64,000 nt of DNA from an uncultured Nitrospiraceae bacterium (GTDB lineage: Bacteria > Nitrospirota > Nitrospiria > Nitrospirales > UBA2166), in NCBI GenBank assembly GCA_964463965.1, contig CAYXED010000006.1, forward strand, positions 49,920 through 113,919, in the 5' to 3' direction. How positions within the stretch are numbered: the stretch's first letter is position 1; each line of letters opens with the position of its first letter. The notes beneath the pieces were generated by a model, which was not told the DNA's origin, did no database searches, and saw only the letters and a list, made by a program, of their open reading frames with translations. A program made the position numbers and the translations under genes. Positions 50,020 to 59,900 of this stretch are shown in pieces.

Positions 50020-51399
50020 ATGAGTAAGCAAACTATTATTGCCTTTATTGTTTTCTTGGGTTTACTCGCTTTAGTTATGACGACTGTACTAAAGCCGAAA
50101 GAGCGAAACTTGAGCAGGCTTGCTGTACCAATAGTTTCGACCAATGAGGTAGAGAAAATTATTTTTTCCACCAACAATGAACAGTTTGAAATTACCAAGG
50201 AAGGAGAGGTCTGGCTCCTTGATGATGGACGTCTGGCAGATGAAAGTCGAGTTCAAGGGGCATTAGAGAGTTTAAGTACTCTTCATTCAAATGACTTGGT
50301 ATCCAGCAACCCCAGGCGACATGCAGAGTATGACGCGAATGAAGAAAAAGGCATGCGAGTAACAATATTTTCTAATGAGAAATCTATACTGGATTTTTTC
50401 ATTGGGATGGCCGCAAAGACCATGGGTGGAACATACATTCGTCTTGCAGATTCTGATGATATATTTCTTCTCAAGAGATCAACTGTGGCTACACATTTTG
50501 TTACCGAGAGGGAGCAATGGAAGGACTTAGCAGTCTTTGATATTGAGCTTTCTGATGTTGCAGCGTTGAAAGTTGAAACTAGTGCTGGGAGAAATGTTGA
50601 TATTGTTGCTGGAGAAAATAAGCAATGGGTTCTGGGTGATCCATCTGTGTTGCCGGAAGAGTTTCGGCTTGATAGCTCTAGGATAGAAGAGTATGTTTCG
50701 GCATTTTTGACCCTACGTGCAGCTGACGTCTTGGCTATGTCTCCGGATCCTTCAACCTCTGGGTTGGGATTTGACAATGCTCGTGATACATACACTCTTA
50801 CGTTAAAGAACTCAGAGACCTATACTCTTCGGTTAGGAAATCTTTATAGCGATGGAAAGAGTTATTATGCAGAAGTTAATGGGGAAAAATTTATTTTAAT
50901 TACCACTATTGCCTCAAATGCATTTCAGGTACCGTTAACGCATTTTCGATCGTTGACTCTTATGGACTTTGATCCTGAGGAAGTAACTCAGTTTTCAATT
51001 ACATCAAAGTTAGATCAATGGACGTTCAAAAACGATGATGGTAAGTGGGTTCAGGTTGAAGACAAAGCTTCTTCAATGAAAGGTCTTCAAGTCTCGAGTC
51101 ATGCTGTTGAGGAGATGCTTCAAGCTCTATCGACTATGACTGGTAGTACATATGTGGAAAATGTGGAATCTAGTGTTGAGTTAGGGTTTAATCGTCCAAC
51201 ACTTGAAATTAGAGTAACTTTTGAATCTAATAAAACTGCAACTCTTCTAGTTGGAGGAAAAAACGATAAAGATTTATTCTATGTTCGCGGTAATGCAGAT
51301 GCTGGCACGTATTTGGTGCAGGAAAGGAAAGTAAAGGCCTTTACTAAAAGAGTCTCAGCTCCTGTTGATCCGTCTGTTGAGAAGGACAGTACTCTCTAA
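50020..51399 (+). CDS. DUF4340-like anchored periplasmic protein
   Basis: 459 aa with a single N-terminal TM helix and repeated beta-rich modules. Its position immediately after the GldG-like gene is where I expect DUF4340 proteins, from memory of other genomes. Confidence 0.65.
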   Translation: MSKQTIIAFIVFLGLLALVMTTVLKPKERNLSRLAVPIVSTNEVEKIIFSTNNEQFEITKEGEVWLLDDGRLADESRVQGALESLSTLHSNDLVSSNPRRHAEYDANEEKGMRVTIFSNEKSILDFFIGMAAKTMGGTYIRLADSDDIFLLKRSTVATHFVTEREQWKDLAVFDIELSDVAALKVETSAGRNVDIVAGENKQWVLGDPSVLPEEFRLDSSRIEEYVSAFLTLRAADVLAMSPDPSTSGLGFDNARDTYTLTLKNSETYTLRLGNLYSDGKSYYAEVNGEKFILITTIASNAFQVPLTHFRSLTLMDFDPEEVTQFSITSKLDQWTFKNDDGKWVQVEDKASSMKGLQVSSHAVEEMLQALSTMTGSTYVENVESSVELGFNRPTLEIRVTFESNKTATLLVGGKNDKDLFYVRGNADAGTYLVQERKVKAFTKRVSAPVDPSVEKDSTL

Positions 51400-51454
51400 T
51401 ACAATAAGCCCATTCAGTATATAGTTGACTAGATAGTGTGCCTCGTTATATGAG

Positions 51455-52378
51455 CTACCGTCTTTTCCCTGCATAAATTTTCATAATTGTATCAAGAAAT
51501 TTTAATGCAGTGCGTTTAGGGCGCTGGAAAGCATTTCTTCCTATAATCGATCCAAACCCTCCACCGTCCCTGATAGCACGCACCTCGTCAAATATCTTAG
51601 TGTCTTCTCCTTTTGCACCCCCGGAGAAAATTAGAATTCTTTGACCATTGAATGTACTTTGTACCACGTGTTGGATACGCTGAGTTGTGGTTTTGATTGG
51701 CACTTTGCATGCAGCATATGCTTTTTTTGCCTCTGGTTGTTCTATATGCGAAGAAGGTATTTTAACCTTAACAATATGTGCCCCAAGCTGTGCAGCTATT
51801 TGCGCGGCGTAGGCAACAACGTCAATGGCTGTTTCCCCTTCTTTACTAAGGCCTGATCCGCGTGGATAAGACCATACAACTATGGCTAAACCATAGGATT
51901 TAGCTTCTTCAGAAATTTCTCGAAGATTTTCATACATATCTTTAGCGTAAGCTGATCCTGGGTAGATTGTGTAGCCAACTGCAGAGCATCCAAGACGCAA
52001 TGCATCCTTTACACTACCAGTTACTGAGGAGCAAGGGTCTTTGGTTGCATAAAGGCTGTCGTTGTTATTGAGCTTGAGAATTAGAGGGATATCCCCCGCA
52101 AACTCCGCAGCCCCTGATTCTAGAAATCCTAATGGTGCGGCATAGGCGTTACAGCCTGCTGTGATTGCAAAGTCAAAATGGTATTGAGGTGTATATGCAG
52201 GAGTATTTGGTGCGAAGCTTCGTGCTGGACCATGTTCAAATCCTTGATCAACTGGGAGAATCACCAGCTTACCAGTTCCAGCAAGTGTTCCATGGTTAAG
52301 GATTCGTGCTAGGTTGGTAAGTACTCCTGGATTAGTTCCCTGATAGTAGCCGATAATTTCACGAATACGCGCATTCAC
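51455..52378 (-). CDS. Class I fructose-bisphosphate aldolase (DhnA/FbaB archaeal-type family)
   Basis: GTGKLVILPVDQGFEHGP N-terminal motif and the Schiff-base lysine region AHIVKVKIP. 307 aa; 12 nt downstream of fbp. Confidence 0.8.
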   Translation of the reverse strand: MNARIREIIGYYQGTNPGVLTNLARILNHGTLAGTGKLVILPVDQGFEHGPARSFAPNTPAYTPQYHFDFAITAGCNAYAAPLGFLESGAAEFAGDIPLILKLNNNDSLYATKDPCSSVTGSVKDALRLGCSAVGYTIYPGSAYAKDMYENLREISEEAKSYGLAIVVWSYPRGSGLSKEGETAIDVVAYAAQIAAQLGAHIVKVKIPSSHIEQPEAKKAYAACKVPIKTTTQRIQHVVQSTFNGQRILIFSGGAKGEDTKIFDEVRAIRDGGGFGSIIGRNAFQRPKRTALKFLDTIMKIYAGKRR

Positions 52379-52390
52379 TGCCGTTCCTCC

Positions 52391-53425
52391 TTATTCGTTC
52401 CGCATAAATTCTTCCGCCAGTGCCACGTCATTATAGCTTCCAATCAAAATAGGAGTGCGCTGATGGATTGCGGTGGGTTGGATATTTAGAATTCGTTCCA
52501 TTCCAGTACTACCTTTTCCTCCTGCTTGTTCGACAATATAGCTCATTGGAGCTGATTCATAGAGAAGGCGAATTTTCCCCTCTGGCTTTTCAACCTCTCC
52601 TGGGTAAAGATATATTCCCCCGTTTAAGAGCGTTCGATGGACATCAGCGATAAGTGCTCCTATATAGCGACTTGAATATGGACGTCCATCATCAGGAGCA
52701 TGTTCGAGTAGATGGTCAATATATCGTTTCGTTGGTGAAAACCACTTTTGGTAGTTTCCTTGGTTTACGCTGTAGGTTTTCCCACGCTTAGGAATTTTTA
52801 TATTTTCGTCAGACAATAGAAACTCTTCCCTATCTGGGTCAAGTGTAAAGCCATGAACCCCTTTCCCAGAGGAATAGACCAGCATAGTACTTGAACTGTA
52901 TAGAATATAGCCTGCAGAAATTTGATCTACCCCTTTTCTTAAAAGGGAGGCGTTAATTTCGTCTTCGTTTTTTTGTTTTCCCGTGGAGAGTGAGTTTGTT
53001 GCGGGAGTTTCAAGTTTGTGAATAGAAAAAATTGATCCGACCGGCCCATTGACGTCAATATTTGATGATCCATCCAAGGGGTCTAGGTAAACAATATATT
53101 GCCCTGATGAGAGGTTTTCTGAAAATATGACTGGTTTTTCATCTTCTTCTGTAATCATGGCAACAACTTGGCTAGCACCTTCAAATGATTTTTTAAAAGC
53201 ATTATTTGCATATATGTCCATTTTTTTGACGGCTTCACCATGTATGTTTATATTGCCTGTACCTCCCAGTGTACTTCCCAGACCTGCTTGTCTCATTGTG
53301 TGCGAAATAATTTTCCCAGCCTGTGCTATTTGAGAGAGAATCGCAGTTAATCCAGCTCCAGCCTCAAGAGGTGTTTGTTGTTTTTCCTCGAGAAATGTGT
53401 GGAGGCGCGTGCCGGTGTTACCCAT
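52391..53425 (-). CDS. fbp: Class 1 fructose-1,6-bisphosphatase
   Basis: EEDEKPV, DPLDGSSNID and the GKIRLLYE..PMSYIVEQAGG motifs. Confidence 0.9.
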   Translation of the reverse strand: MGNTGTRLHTFLEEKQQTPLEAGAGLTAILSQIAQAGKIISHTMRQAGLGSTLGGTGNINIHGEAVKKMDIYANNAFKKSFEGASQVVAMITEEDEKPVIFSENLSSGQYIVYLDPLDGSSNIDVNGPVGSIFSIHKLETPATNSLSTGKQKNEDEINASLLRKGVDQISAGYILYSSSTMLVYSSGKGVHGFTLDPDREEFLLSDENIKIPKRGKTYSVNQGNYQKWFSPTKRYIDHLLEHAPDDGRPYSSRYIGALIADVHRTLLNGGIYLYPGEVEKPEGKIRLLYESAPMSYIVEQAGGKGSTGMERILNIQPTAIHQRTPILIGSYNDVALAEEFMRNE

Positions 53426-53551
53426 ATGCGACTTCTCGCTTTTGGATAGTGTTGAGCATAGATCGAAGATGTTTTTTCCCTATTACATGTGAACGTAGGA
53501 TTTTTGATGGAATACTAATATGGTGTTCTCTATAGCTGTCGCTGGTATCAA

Positions 53552-54292
53552 TCATTTGGTTAACAGTGCTGCGGCAGACTGCTCAATTAACCAAAGCTGG
53601 AAACCGCGCTTTTGACGTATTAATTGTGCGGGGTATTCTTCCGGATTGCTTTTTCCATTAATGACTTGATTAAGCGCCTCTGCTTTCTCTTTTCCAGAGA
53701 CAAGAAATAGAAGATTCTTTGCGGCATTAATGACTGGAAAAGTCATTGTAATCCGCCACTCCTCTGTTTTCGGAATGTTGTTTGCGGTAGTCATGCGTGT
53801 TGTAATCTGAAGAGCGTCACTGTGTGGAAATAATGATGCTGTATGACCATCAGCCCCTATCCCAAGGAACATTAAGTCAAAAATTGGAAGCTCTCCAGGA
53901 GCTAAATGGAATGCTTTCATAAGTGTCAATTCATAGTTCGCTGCGATTGCTGGGGGGTCGGGTTTTTCCGTCATAATGCGATAGATGTTATTGTGAGGAA
54001 TAGGAACCTTTGATAGTAAAGTTTCAGAGGCAAGTTTGTAGTTGCTCCTTTCATGGTCTGGTGGAACATGACGTTCATCTCCAAAAAACCAATAAGTAAG
54101 ATCCCAAGGAATACGAGATGAGAATTCTTCAGTGGCGAGCCGCTCATACAGTTTTTTTGGGGTATTCCCGCCTGACAGGGCAATCATGCATTTTTTGTTG
54201 TCCTTGATAGAGCGTTCAATAAGTTCAGTAACGTGTTTTGCACCATGGATACTCATTTCTTCAAGGTCAGCTACTATAACTCGATTGTTCAT
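53552..54292 (-). CDS. pgl: 6-phosphogluconolactonase
   Basis: ALSGGNTPKKLY and LGIGADGHTASLFP motifs. 246 aa. Confidence 0.88.
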   Translation of the reverse strand: MNNRVIVADLEEMSIHGAKHVTELIERSIKDNKKCMIALSGGNTPKKLYERLATEEFSSRIPWDLTYWFFGDERHVPPDHERSNYKLASETLLSKVPIPHNNIYRIMTEKPDPPAIAANYELTLMKAFHLAPGELPIFDLMFLGIGADGHTASLFPHSDALQITTRMTTANNIPKTEEWRITMTFPVINAAKNLLFLVSGKEKAEALNQVINGKSNPEEYPAQLIRQKRGFQLWLIEQSAAALLTK

Positions 54293-54319
54293 GTCGGCTC
54301 CTTATTGCCTGTATTTTGT

Positions 54320-55453
54320 CTAACATGAGACCGGGAGAAGCTTTGTCGGACGAAGCTCAGCTTTAGTGTTTTGGTAGAGTAACTCAGTCTTTTCAATCAT
54401 ATGTGTGAGACTATAGTTTTTTTCTATCAGGTCTTTTCCATTTTTTCCCATTGTCGCTTTTGCTATTGAATTAGAAAGTATTTTTTCAACATTTTTTGCT
54501 AATGCAAGTGCATTCGCTGGTGGAACAAGTAGCCCAGTGTGCTCATGTATAATGACTTCTTTAGTCCCACCCGTATCTGTTGCAACCACAGGTTTTCCCA
54601 AGGCCAATGCTTGAAGTAGAACCTGTGATATGCCTTCAGTCCCCGTTGATGGTAGAACAAGGACGTCAAGAGCTGCCAGAATCTTAGGAACATCTTCTCT
54701 GTATCCGAGTAAATATACTCGATCTTCAAGATTGAGTTCCTTGATGCGTATTCTAACCTTTTCTCTAATTGGACCATCGCCTGCGATACAAAACCAACAA
54801 TTTTTATTCGACTTAAGGATGTGTTTTGCGGATTCAAGAAAATATAAAGGGCCTTTTTCAAAACGAAGAAAACTAACCATACCAATAAGTGTGGCATTGG
54901 ATGGGAGTGAAAGTTCTTCTTTCAAGAGAGAGCTTTGGCTGCGATGCCTAAGTCCGTCAAGGTCTACTCCTGTTGGGATGGATAGCATGCGAGCTTGGTC
55001 AAATCCATTTCGAAGGTGCATGGCCTGTCGAATAGTTTCTCCTGTGGTAACGATACGATCAGCGAGTTTTTCGTAAAGAAAACGACTTAGATGTCCCGTG
55101 GATATCGGTGTGGCTTTATGGCGGGTTCGAATTAGAATTGGTTGTCGAGGTGATAGGCGGGCTGCAATGCCGGCTACCCATGTGTCGGTTGATCCATGTG
55201 TATGAACGATATCTGGCGAAAACTCGTTGATAATGCTATAGAGTTTTTTGATCCCATATGGCAGCATCCATCGATTCATGTTTACAGGTTGTACTGCAAT
55301 ACCGACCTTTCGTGCTAACGGCTCCATGAGACTGCCAGTTTGAGTTACAAGTAGGATGTCATGGCTCCTTTTGGCCATAAACTCAGATTCCAAGAGGGTC
55401 CTAAATTCTTGCCCTCCCAAACCCGTGGAGCTTTCCGTATGCAAAATTCTCAT
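54320..55453 (-). CDS. Glycosyltransferase family 4 (GT-B fold)
   Basis: 377 aa. N-terminal GGQE motif and a C-terminal E-x7-E-like region (PSTGTEGISQVLLQALALGKPVVATDTGGTKEVI). Confidence 0.85.
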   Translation of the reverse strand: MRILHTESSTGLGGQEFRTLLESEFMAKRSHDILLVTQTGSLMEPLARKVGIAVQPVNMNRWMLPYGIKKLYSIINEFSPDIVHTHGSTDTWVAGIAARLSPRQPILIRTRHKATPISTGHLSRFLYEKLADRIVTTGETIRQAMHLRNGFDQARMLSIPTGVDLDGLRHRSQSSLLKEELSLPSNATLIGMVSFLRFEKGPLYFLESAKHILKSNKNCWFCIAGDGPIREKVRIRIKELNLEDRVYLLGYREDVPKILAALDVLVLPSTGTEGISQVLLQALALGKPVVATDTGGTKEVIIHEHTGLLVPPANALALAKNVEKILSNSIAKATMGKNGKDLIEKNYSLTHMIEKTELLYQNTKAELRPTKLLPVSC

Positions 55454-55660
55454 TATATGAATTGGTGCTATTGATTTGTATAGTAAAGGGGGTGAATTCT
55501 ATCAAATCTTGCTAAATACTGTAACTGCTTGAGGTGAGTAAGGTGTTGTATTCAAAAATTTTGAAACTATATTAAGTAGATATTTTTACAGCACAATGCT
55601 TGCATAGCGCGAAAAAATATTTGGGTTAGATTTTGTAGAGTATGATAGGAAGGTGTTGTG

Positions 55661-56587
55661 TTATAGCTCCTTCAAGCTTCCAACAGCCTCTGAGACAGAG
55701 TGAACCCCTTTTTTTTCTCCTATCGTAACAAGTTCTTGTTCCAGACGACTGAAGACCTTTGGCCCCTCCTCTACTAGAGTTGTTCCAATTTGTACCGCGG
55801 ATGCTCCTGCGAGTAAGTGTTGATAAATGTCCATTCCGGTTCTGATTCCCCCAACTCCTATTACTGGAATTTTTCGACCTAGCCTGAGGGAAAATGCGCG
55901 CACATTGGCCAGTGCGACCGATTTGATAATGGCTCCACCAAGTCCACCAAATCCATTTTTAGGTTTTATCACCGCAGTGTCTGTTTGAGAGTCTATAACC
56001 AAGCCGTTTCCTACCGAATTGATGGCAGACACAAAATCTATGTTACACCGCATAAGGATTTTTGCCATTTGATCATGATGAACAGGGTCAAAGTATGGGG
56101 GGAGTTTTGTGCCAATTGGACAAGTGGTAATTTTTCGCAAGCGAGTGAGTAATTGCTCGGCTGTGGCAAAGTCATATGCAATCTGCGGATGTCCTTCAAT
56201 GTTGGGGCAAGAGAGGTTGATTTCAATCAAATCAGGCTTTGCAGCATCAATTGCCATGGTTATTTCAATGAATTCATCCGGACTAAATCCTGCAATGCTG
56301 GCGATAATTGGTTTTTTAAATTTTTTTAGGGTTGGGATTAGGGCTATATACGCTTGATATCCAAGGTTGGGGAGCCCCATTGAGTTGATTGAGCTTCCAG
56401 AAAAAGCAATATACCGTGGAGATGGGTTGCCTTCTCTCGCATGGAGTGTCATTGACTTTGTGACGATTGCTCCTGCGTAAGAATGTCCAATCGATTTGAG
56501 TTCTTCAGCTGTTACGCAGTGAGCACCAGCTGCATTCATTATGCAAGTTTGGAAGGAAACTCCTGCTATGTTAGTGGATAGGTTCAT
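55661..56587 (-). CDS. pyrD: Dihydroorotate dehydrogenase, class 1 (catalytic Cys type)
   Basis: IMNAAGA, the NLSCPN active-site Cys loop, and the GVGGI..G FMN-phosphate motif. No pyrK is adjacent. Confidence 0.88.
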   Translation of the reverse strand: MNLSTNIAGVSFQTCIMNAAGAHCVTAEELKSIGHSYAGAIVTKSMTLHAREGNPSPRYIAFSGSSINSMGLPNLGYQAYIALIPTLKKFKKPIIASIAGFSPDEFIEITMAIDAAKPDLIEINLSCPNIEGHPQIAYDFATAEQLLTRLRKITTCPIGTKLPPYFDPVHHDQMAKILMRCNIDFVSAINSVGNGLVIDSQTDTAVIKPKNGFGGLGGAIIKSVALANVRAFSLRLGRKIPVIGVGGIRTGMDIYQHLLAGASAVQIGTTLVEEGPKVFSRLEQELVTIGEKKGVHSVSEAVGSLKEL

Positions 56588-57249
56588 GTGGTCAGTTGTC
56601 CATCAGTCATTATCATGGTTTTGTCAGCCATTGCCGCTGCCTCATTGTTATGAGTAACCATCATAACTGTTTGAGCAGATGTTTTTGTAAGAGTACGCAT
56701 TAGCTCAATAATTTCTCGACCATGTGTTGTGTCAAGGTTTCCAGTTGGTTCATCAGCAAGAAGAATTTTTGGTTCGTGTATTAAACCACGAGCTATTGCT
56801 GCGCGTTGCTGCTCTCCTCCTGATAATTCATAAGGGTAGTGGTCATCCCTTCCATGTAGGTCGACTTTATCGAGCCATACTTTTGTTCGCCTGATTACCT
56901 CTGGGCCTGTTATGCCCTGTAGTCGGAGTGGAAGGCTAACATTTTCAATTACTGAGAGTGTGGGTAGAAGGTTAAAAAATTGAAATACAATTCCAATTTT
57001 TGTATTGCGTAAGACTGTCCACGCATCATCATGAAACTTATTTGTTGTTTTACCATCAATAACAATCTCTCCTGCAGTCGGCGAATCAAGCCCTGCAACC
57101 AAATTTATAAGAGTGCTCTTTCCGCTACCACTTGGGCCCATGATTGCAAGAAAAACACCTCTCGCAACATGTAGAGTAATGTCCTGTAGTATGGAAAGGG
57201 TTTGTCTCCCCCTTGAGAAGTTTTTCGTAACGCCATAGAGTTGAATCAT
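56584..57249 (-). CDS. ABC transporter ATP-binding protein (LolD/MacB/FtsE-like), no permease gene adjacent
   Basis: Walker [10 protein letters not shown], signature LSGGEQQR, Walker [13 protein letters not shown]. 4-nt overlap with pyrD. Confidence 0.88.
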   Translation of the reverse strand: MIQLYGVTKNFSRGRQTLSILQDITLHVARGVFLAIMGPSGSGKSTLINLVAGLDSPTAGEIVIDGKTTNKFHDDAWTVLRNTKIGIVFQFFNLLPTLSVIENVSLPLRLQGITGPEVIRRTKVWLDKVDLHGRDDHYPYELSGGEQQRAAIARGLIHEPKILLADEPTGNLDTTHGREIIELMRTLTKTSAQTVMMVTHNNEAAAMADKTMIMTDGQLTT

Positions 57250-57272
57250 TGTCGATGCAATAGTTGCGCTCC

Positions 57273-58472
57273 TTATAGGCGGGGGTGAATAAGGTCAAGT
57301 ATCCTCATTGCGACATCGCGTTTTGACATGAGAGGAATATCTTCAACTATTCCATGTGCATCTAAGACCATTGCAGCATTGGTATCAGAATCAAATCCTG
57401 CTCCAGCTTGGGTAATATCATTGGCTACGATCAAGTCTAATGCTTTCACCTTGAGCTTTTCAGAAGCTTTATTCATTAGGTCATCTGTTTCTGCAGCAAA
57501 ACCCACTACAAACTGGCCAGACTTTTTTTTCATTAATCCGCTTAGAATATCTGGCGTAGAATGCATTTGTAGTGAAATGTGTTCTCTCCCTATTTTTTTG
57601 AGTTTTGCCGATGATGGGCTTGTGGGGGTGTAGTCTGCAACTGCTGCAGCCATGATAACAACTTCTGAGCTTGCAAAGTGTTGTTCGACCGCACTTTGCA
57701 TTTCCTGTGCCGTTAAAACTGGAATTGTGCATACACCATGTGGATGCATAAGTGATGTAGGGCCTGTGATTAGAGTGACACGTGCGCCACGCTTTTGTGC
57801 GGCTTGGGCAAGTGCATATCCCATTTTTCCTGATGATCGATTCGTGATAAATCTTACGGGATCAATCATTTCGTGTGTGGGGCCCGCCGTAATGAGAACG
57901 GCTTTTTCAGAATAGTCGTTTGTTACACTGAGGAGGGCAATGATAGATAGCATGATCGTTTCTTCAGATGGAAAACGTCCCCACCCAATCTGTCCAGAAG
58001 CTAGGGCACCAAACTCTGGGTCTAGAATGTTGACTCCATTTTCGCGAAGTATTTTTACATTATGCTGTACAAGTGGGTGTTGCCACATACCTCCATCCAT
58101 TGCAGGAACAACTAGTAGTGGAGCGTGAGAGGCTAGAATTACTGTTGATAGGAGGTCGTCAGCTAGTCCCTGTGCGAAGCGCCCAATCAAGTTTGCGGTC
58201 GCAGGACTAACAAGAATAAGATCAGCACTTTCTGCTAGACGAAGATGGGCCATAGTGTCATTTGGATCAAATACATTGGTATAGACTTGGTGACCCGACA
58301 AGGTTTGGAAAGTAAGAGGTGTGACAAATTCACGTGCTGATGCGGTCATTATGACTTCAACATCAGCGCCAAGAGTGGTTAACTGGCGAAGTAAAAGTAT
58401 TGCCTTGTAACATGCAATGCTGCCACCAACTCCAAGCACTACGCGTTTTCCTGCGAGCTGTTTTTTATTCAC
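57273..58472 (-). CDS. coaBC: Bifunctional phosphopantothenoylcysteine decarboxylase / phosphopantothenate--cysteine ligase
   Basis: N-terminal flavoprotein GVGGSIACYKA and PAMDGGMW. C-terminal CoaB ITAGPTHEMIDPVRFITNRSSGKMG and AAAVADY. Confidence 0.92.
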   Translation of the reverse strand: MNKKQLAGKRVVLGVGGSIACYKAILLLRQLTTLGADVEVIMTASAREFVTPLTFQTLSGHQVYTNVFDPNDTMAHLRLAESADLILVSPATANLIGRFAQGLADDLLSTVILASHAPLLVVPAMDGGMWQHPLVQHNVKILRENGVNILDPEFGALASGQIGWGRFPSEETIMLSIIALLSVTNDYSEKAVLITAGPTHEMIDPVRFITNRSSGKMGYALAQAAQKRGARVTLITGPTSLMHPHGVCTIPVLTAQEMQSAVEQHFASSEVVIMAAAVADYTPTSPSSAKLKKIGREHISLQMHSTPDILSGLMKKKSGQFVVGFAAETDDLMNKASEKLKVKALDLIVANDITQAGAGFDSDTNAAMVLDAHGIVEDIPLMSKRDVAMRILDLIHPRL

Positions 58473-58716
58473 GGTCGAGAGCTCAAAATAGCCTGAAAGT
58501 AGTATAAGTGAAGAGAATTTTAATAGACGACACTATAGCAAATGTAGATGCCTGGTCAAAATGAAAGAGGCAGTTTCCCTAATATTTACAGAAAATCTGT
58601 TGCCATTTTTTGATTCAAAGGCAATCATAATGCGGGTTGACGGCCGCTTTCTCGCTCTGCTTTAATGATAATAATAATCAGAAGCGTTTTCGTTAGAATT
58701 GCGACAGGAGAAAAAA

Positions 58717-59760
58717 GTGAATGCAAATGTGGTTTTTTCCAAAAGGGCCTTAGGTATAGCAAGCTATTTATCACTTCCTTGCAGTTTAGTGTTATTGCTT
58801 GTGATGGTTTTTTGGCTAGTTGTCCCAGCCTTGGCATCTGACCTGGTTTTGTACTCTGGCCGTAAAGAAAAGGCCATTAGGCCTGTTGTTGATGCTTTTT
58901 CTGCACAAACGGGCATTTCTGTTGCTTTAAAAACAGGCAAAACATCTGGTTTGGCTAATACCCTTATTCTTGAAAGTACGAGACCTCGCGCAGATGTGTT
59001 CATTGCAACTGTGGGTGGAGTTATGAAAATTTTGACTGATAAAGGGGTTTTGGATTCTTACAAATCGCCATTTTCTGATGGCTTGCCGAATGAATTCAAG
59101 GATTCATCTGGCTACTGGACAGGTATTTCTGGGAGAGCGCGGGTATTGATTTACAATAGCGATCTCCTTAAGACGAATGATGCACCCAAATCAGTCTTTG
59201 AACTGACTGATGAAAAATGGAGAGATAGAATTGCTATTGCTGGAACAAGAGAACGGACCACTTTGAGCTGGGCTTCATGGTTAGTTTCTGAAAAAGGGCA
59301 AGACCAAATCCAGCATTACTTTGAACGATTAGGTGCAAACGGGTTGACGATTCTTTCTGATAACTCCGAAGTGTGGCGTGGGGTTGGTCGTGGAGAGTTT
59401 GTGATTGGTTTAACAAATTCTCCAAATTACCACTTAGCTAAAAAAGCTGGGTTGCCTGTTGGCGTTCTATACCCAGATCAAGAAACAATTGGGACGCTGC
59501 TCAACTTAAACGCAATTGCCTTGGTTAAAGGGGGAGCGAGAGAAGCACAGGCGAAAAAATTTATTGACTTTGTATTATCACCCACAGGGCAAGGCTTATT
59601 AGTTCAAAATGCGTACGAAATTCCATTGATGCCTGACGTTTCTACTGGATCAGTAAAGCCACTATCTGCAATCAAAATACCATCGATAACTGTCCCGAGG
59701 CTTGCTGCAGAAGCAGATTCCACGATGCAGATGCTTCGGGCGATTGACGTACGGTGGTAA
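58717..59760 (+). CDS. Periplasmic solute-binding protein, Fe(III)/AfuA-FbpA-like family; no cognate permease or ATPase adjacent
   Basis: Signal peptide ..VVPALA/SD, then LVLYSGRKEK...ADVFIA...YWTGISGRARVLIYN, typical of ferric-type SBPs. GTG 58717 has AGGAG about 5 nt upstream; TTG 58699 is the ORF-track start. Confidence 0.78.
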   Translation: MNANVVFSKRALGIASYLSLPCSLVLLLVMVFWLVVPALASDLVLYSGRKEKAIRPVVDAFSAQTGISVALKTGKTSGLANTLILESTRPRADVFIATVGGVMKILTDKGVLDSYKSPFSDGLPNEFKDSSGYWTGISGRARVLIYNSDLLKTNDAPKSVFELTDEKWRDRIAIAGTRERTTLSWASWLVSEKGQDQIQHYFERLGANGLTILSDNSEVWRGVGRGEFVIGLTNSPNYHLAKKAGLPVGVLYPDQETIGTLLNLNAIALVKGGAREAQAKKFIDFVLSPTGQGLLVQNAYEIPLMPDVSTGSVKPLSAIKIPSITVPRLAAEADSTMQMLRAIDVRW

Positions 59761-59900
59761 ATTCTGAGGTCTTTTACCCAAGATAAAATTGGTATTGGTG
59801 AAGATTCCTACTAGATCAGAGACCGAGAACATCGTATAATGATTCTCGATTATTTGTTGACAAGGCAATTTTTTTGAAAAATGAAGTATGAGGGGGTGTT

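Noticed and set aside
58473-58716. TPP or other riboswitch upstream of the solute-binding protein gene
   Set aside because: No CUGAGA...ACCUGA-type TPP core or other recognisable riboswitch core. The region looks like an ordinary AT-rich divergent promoter.
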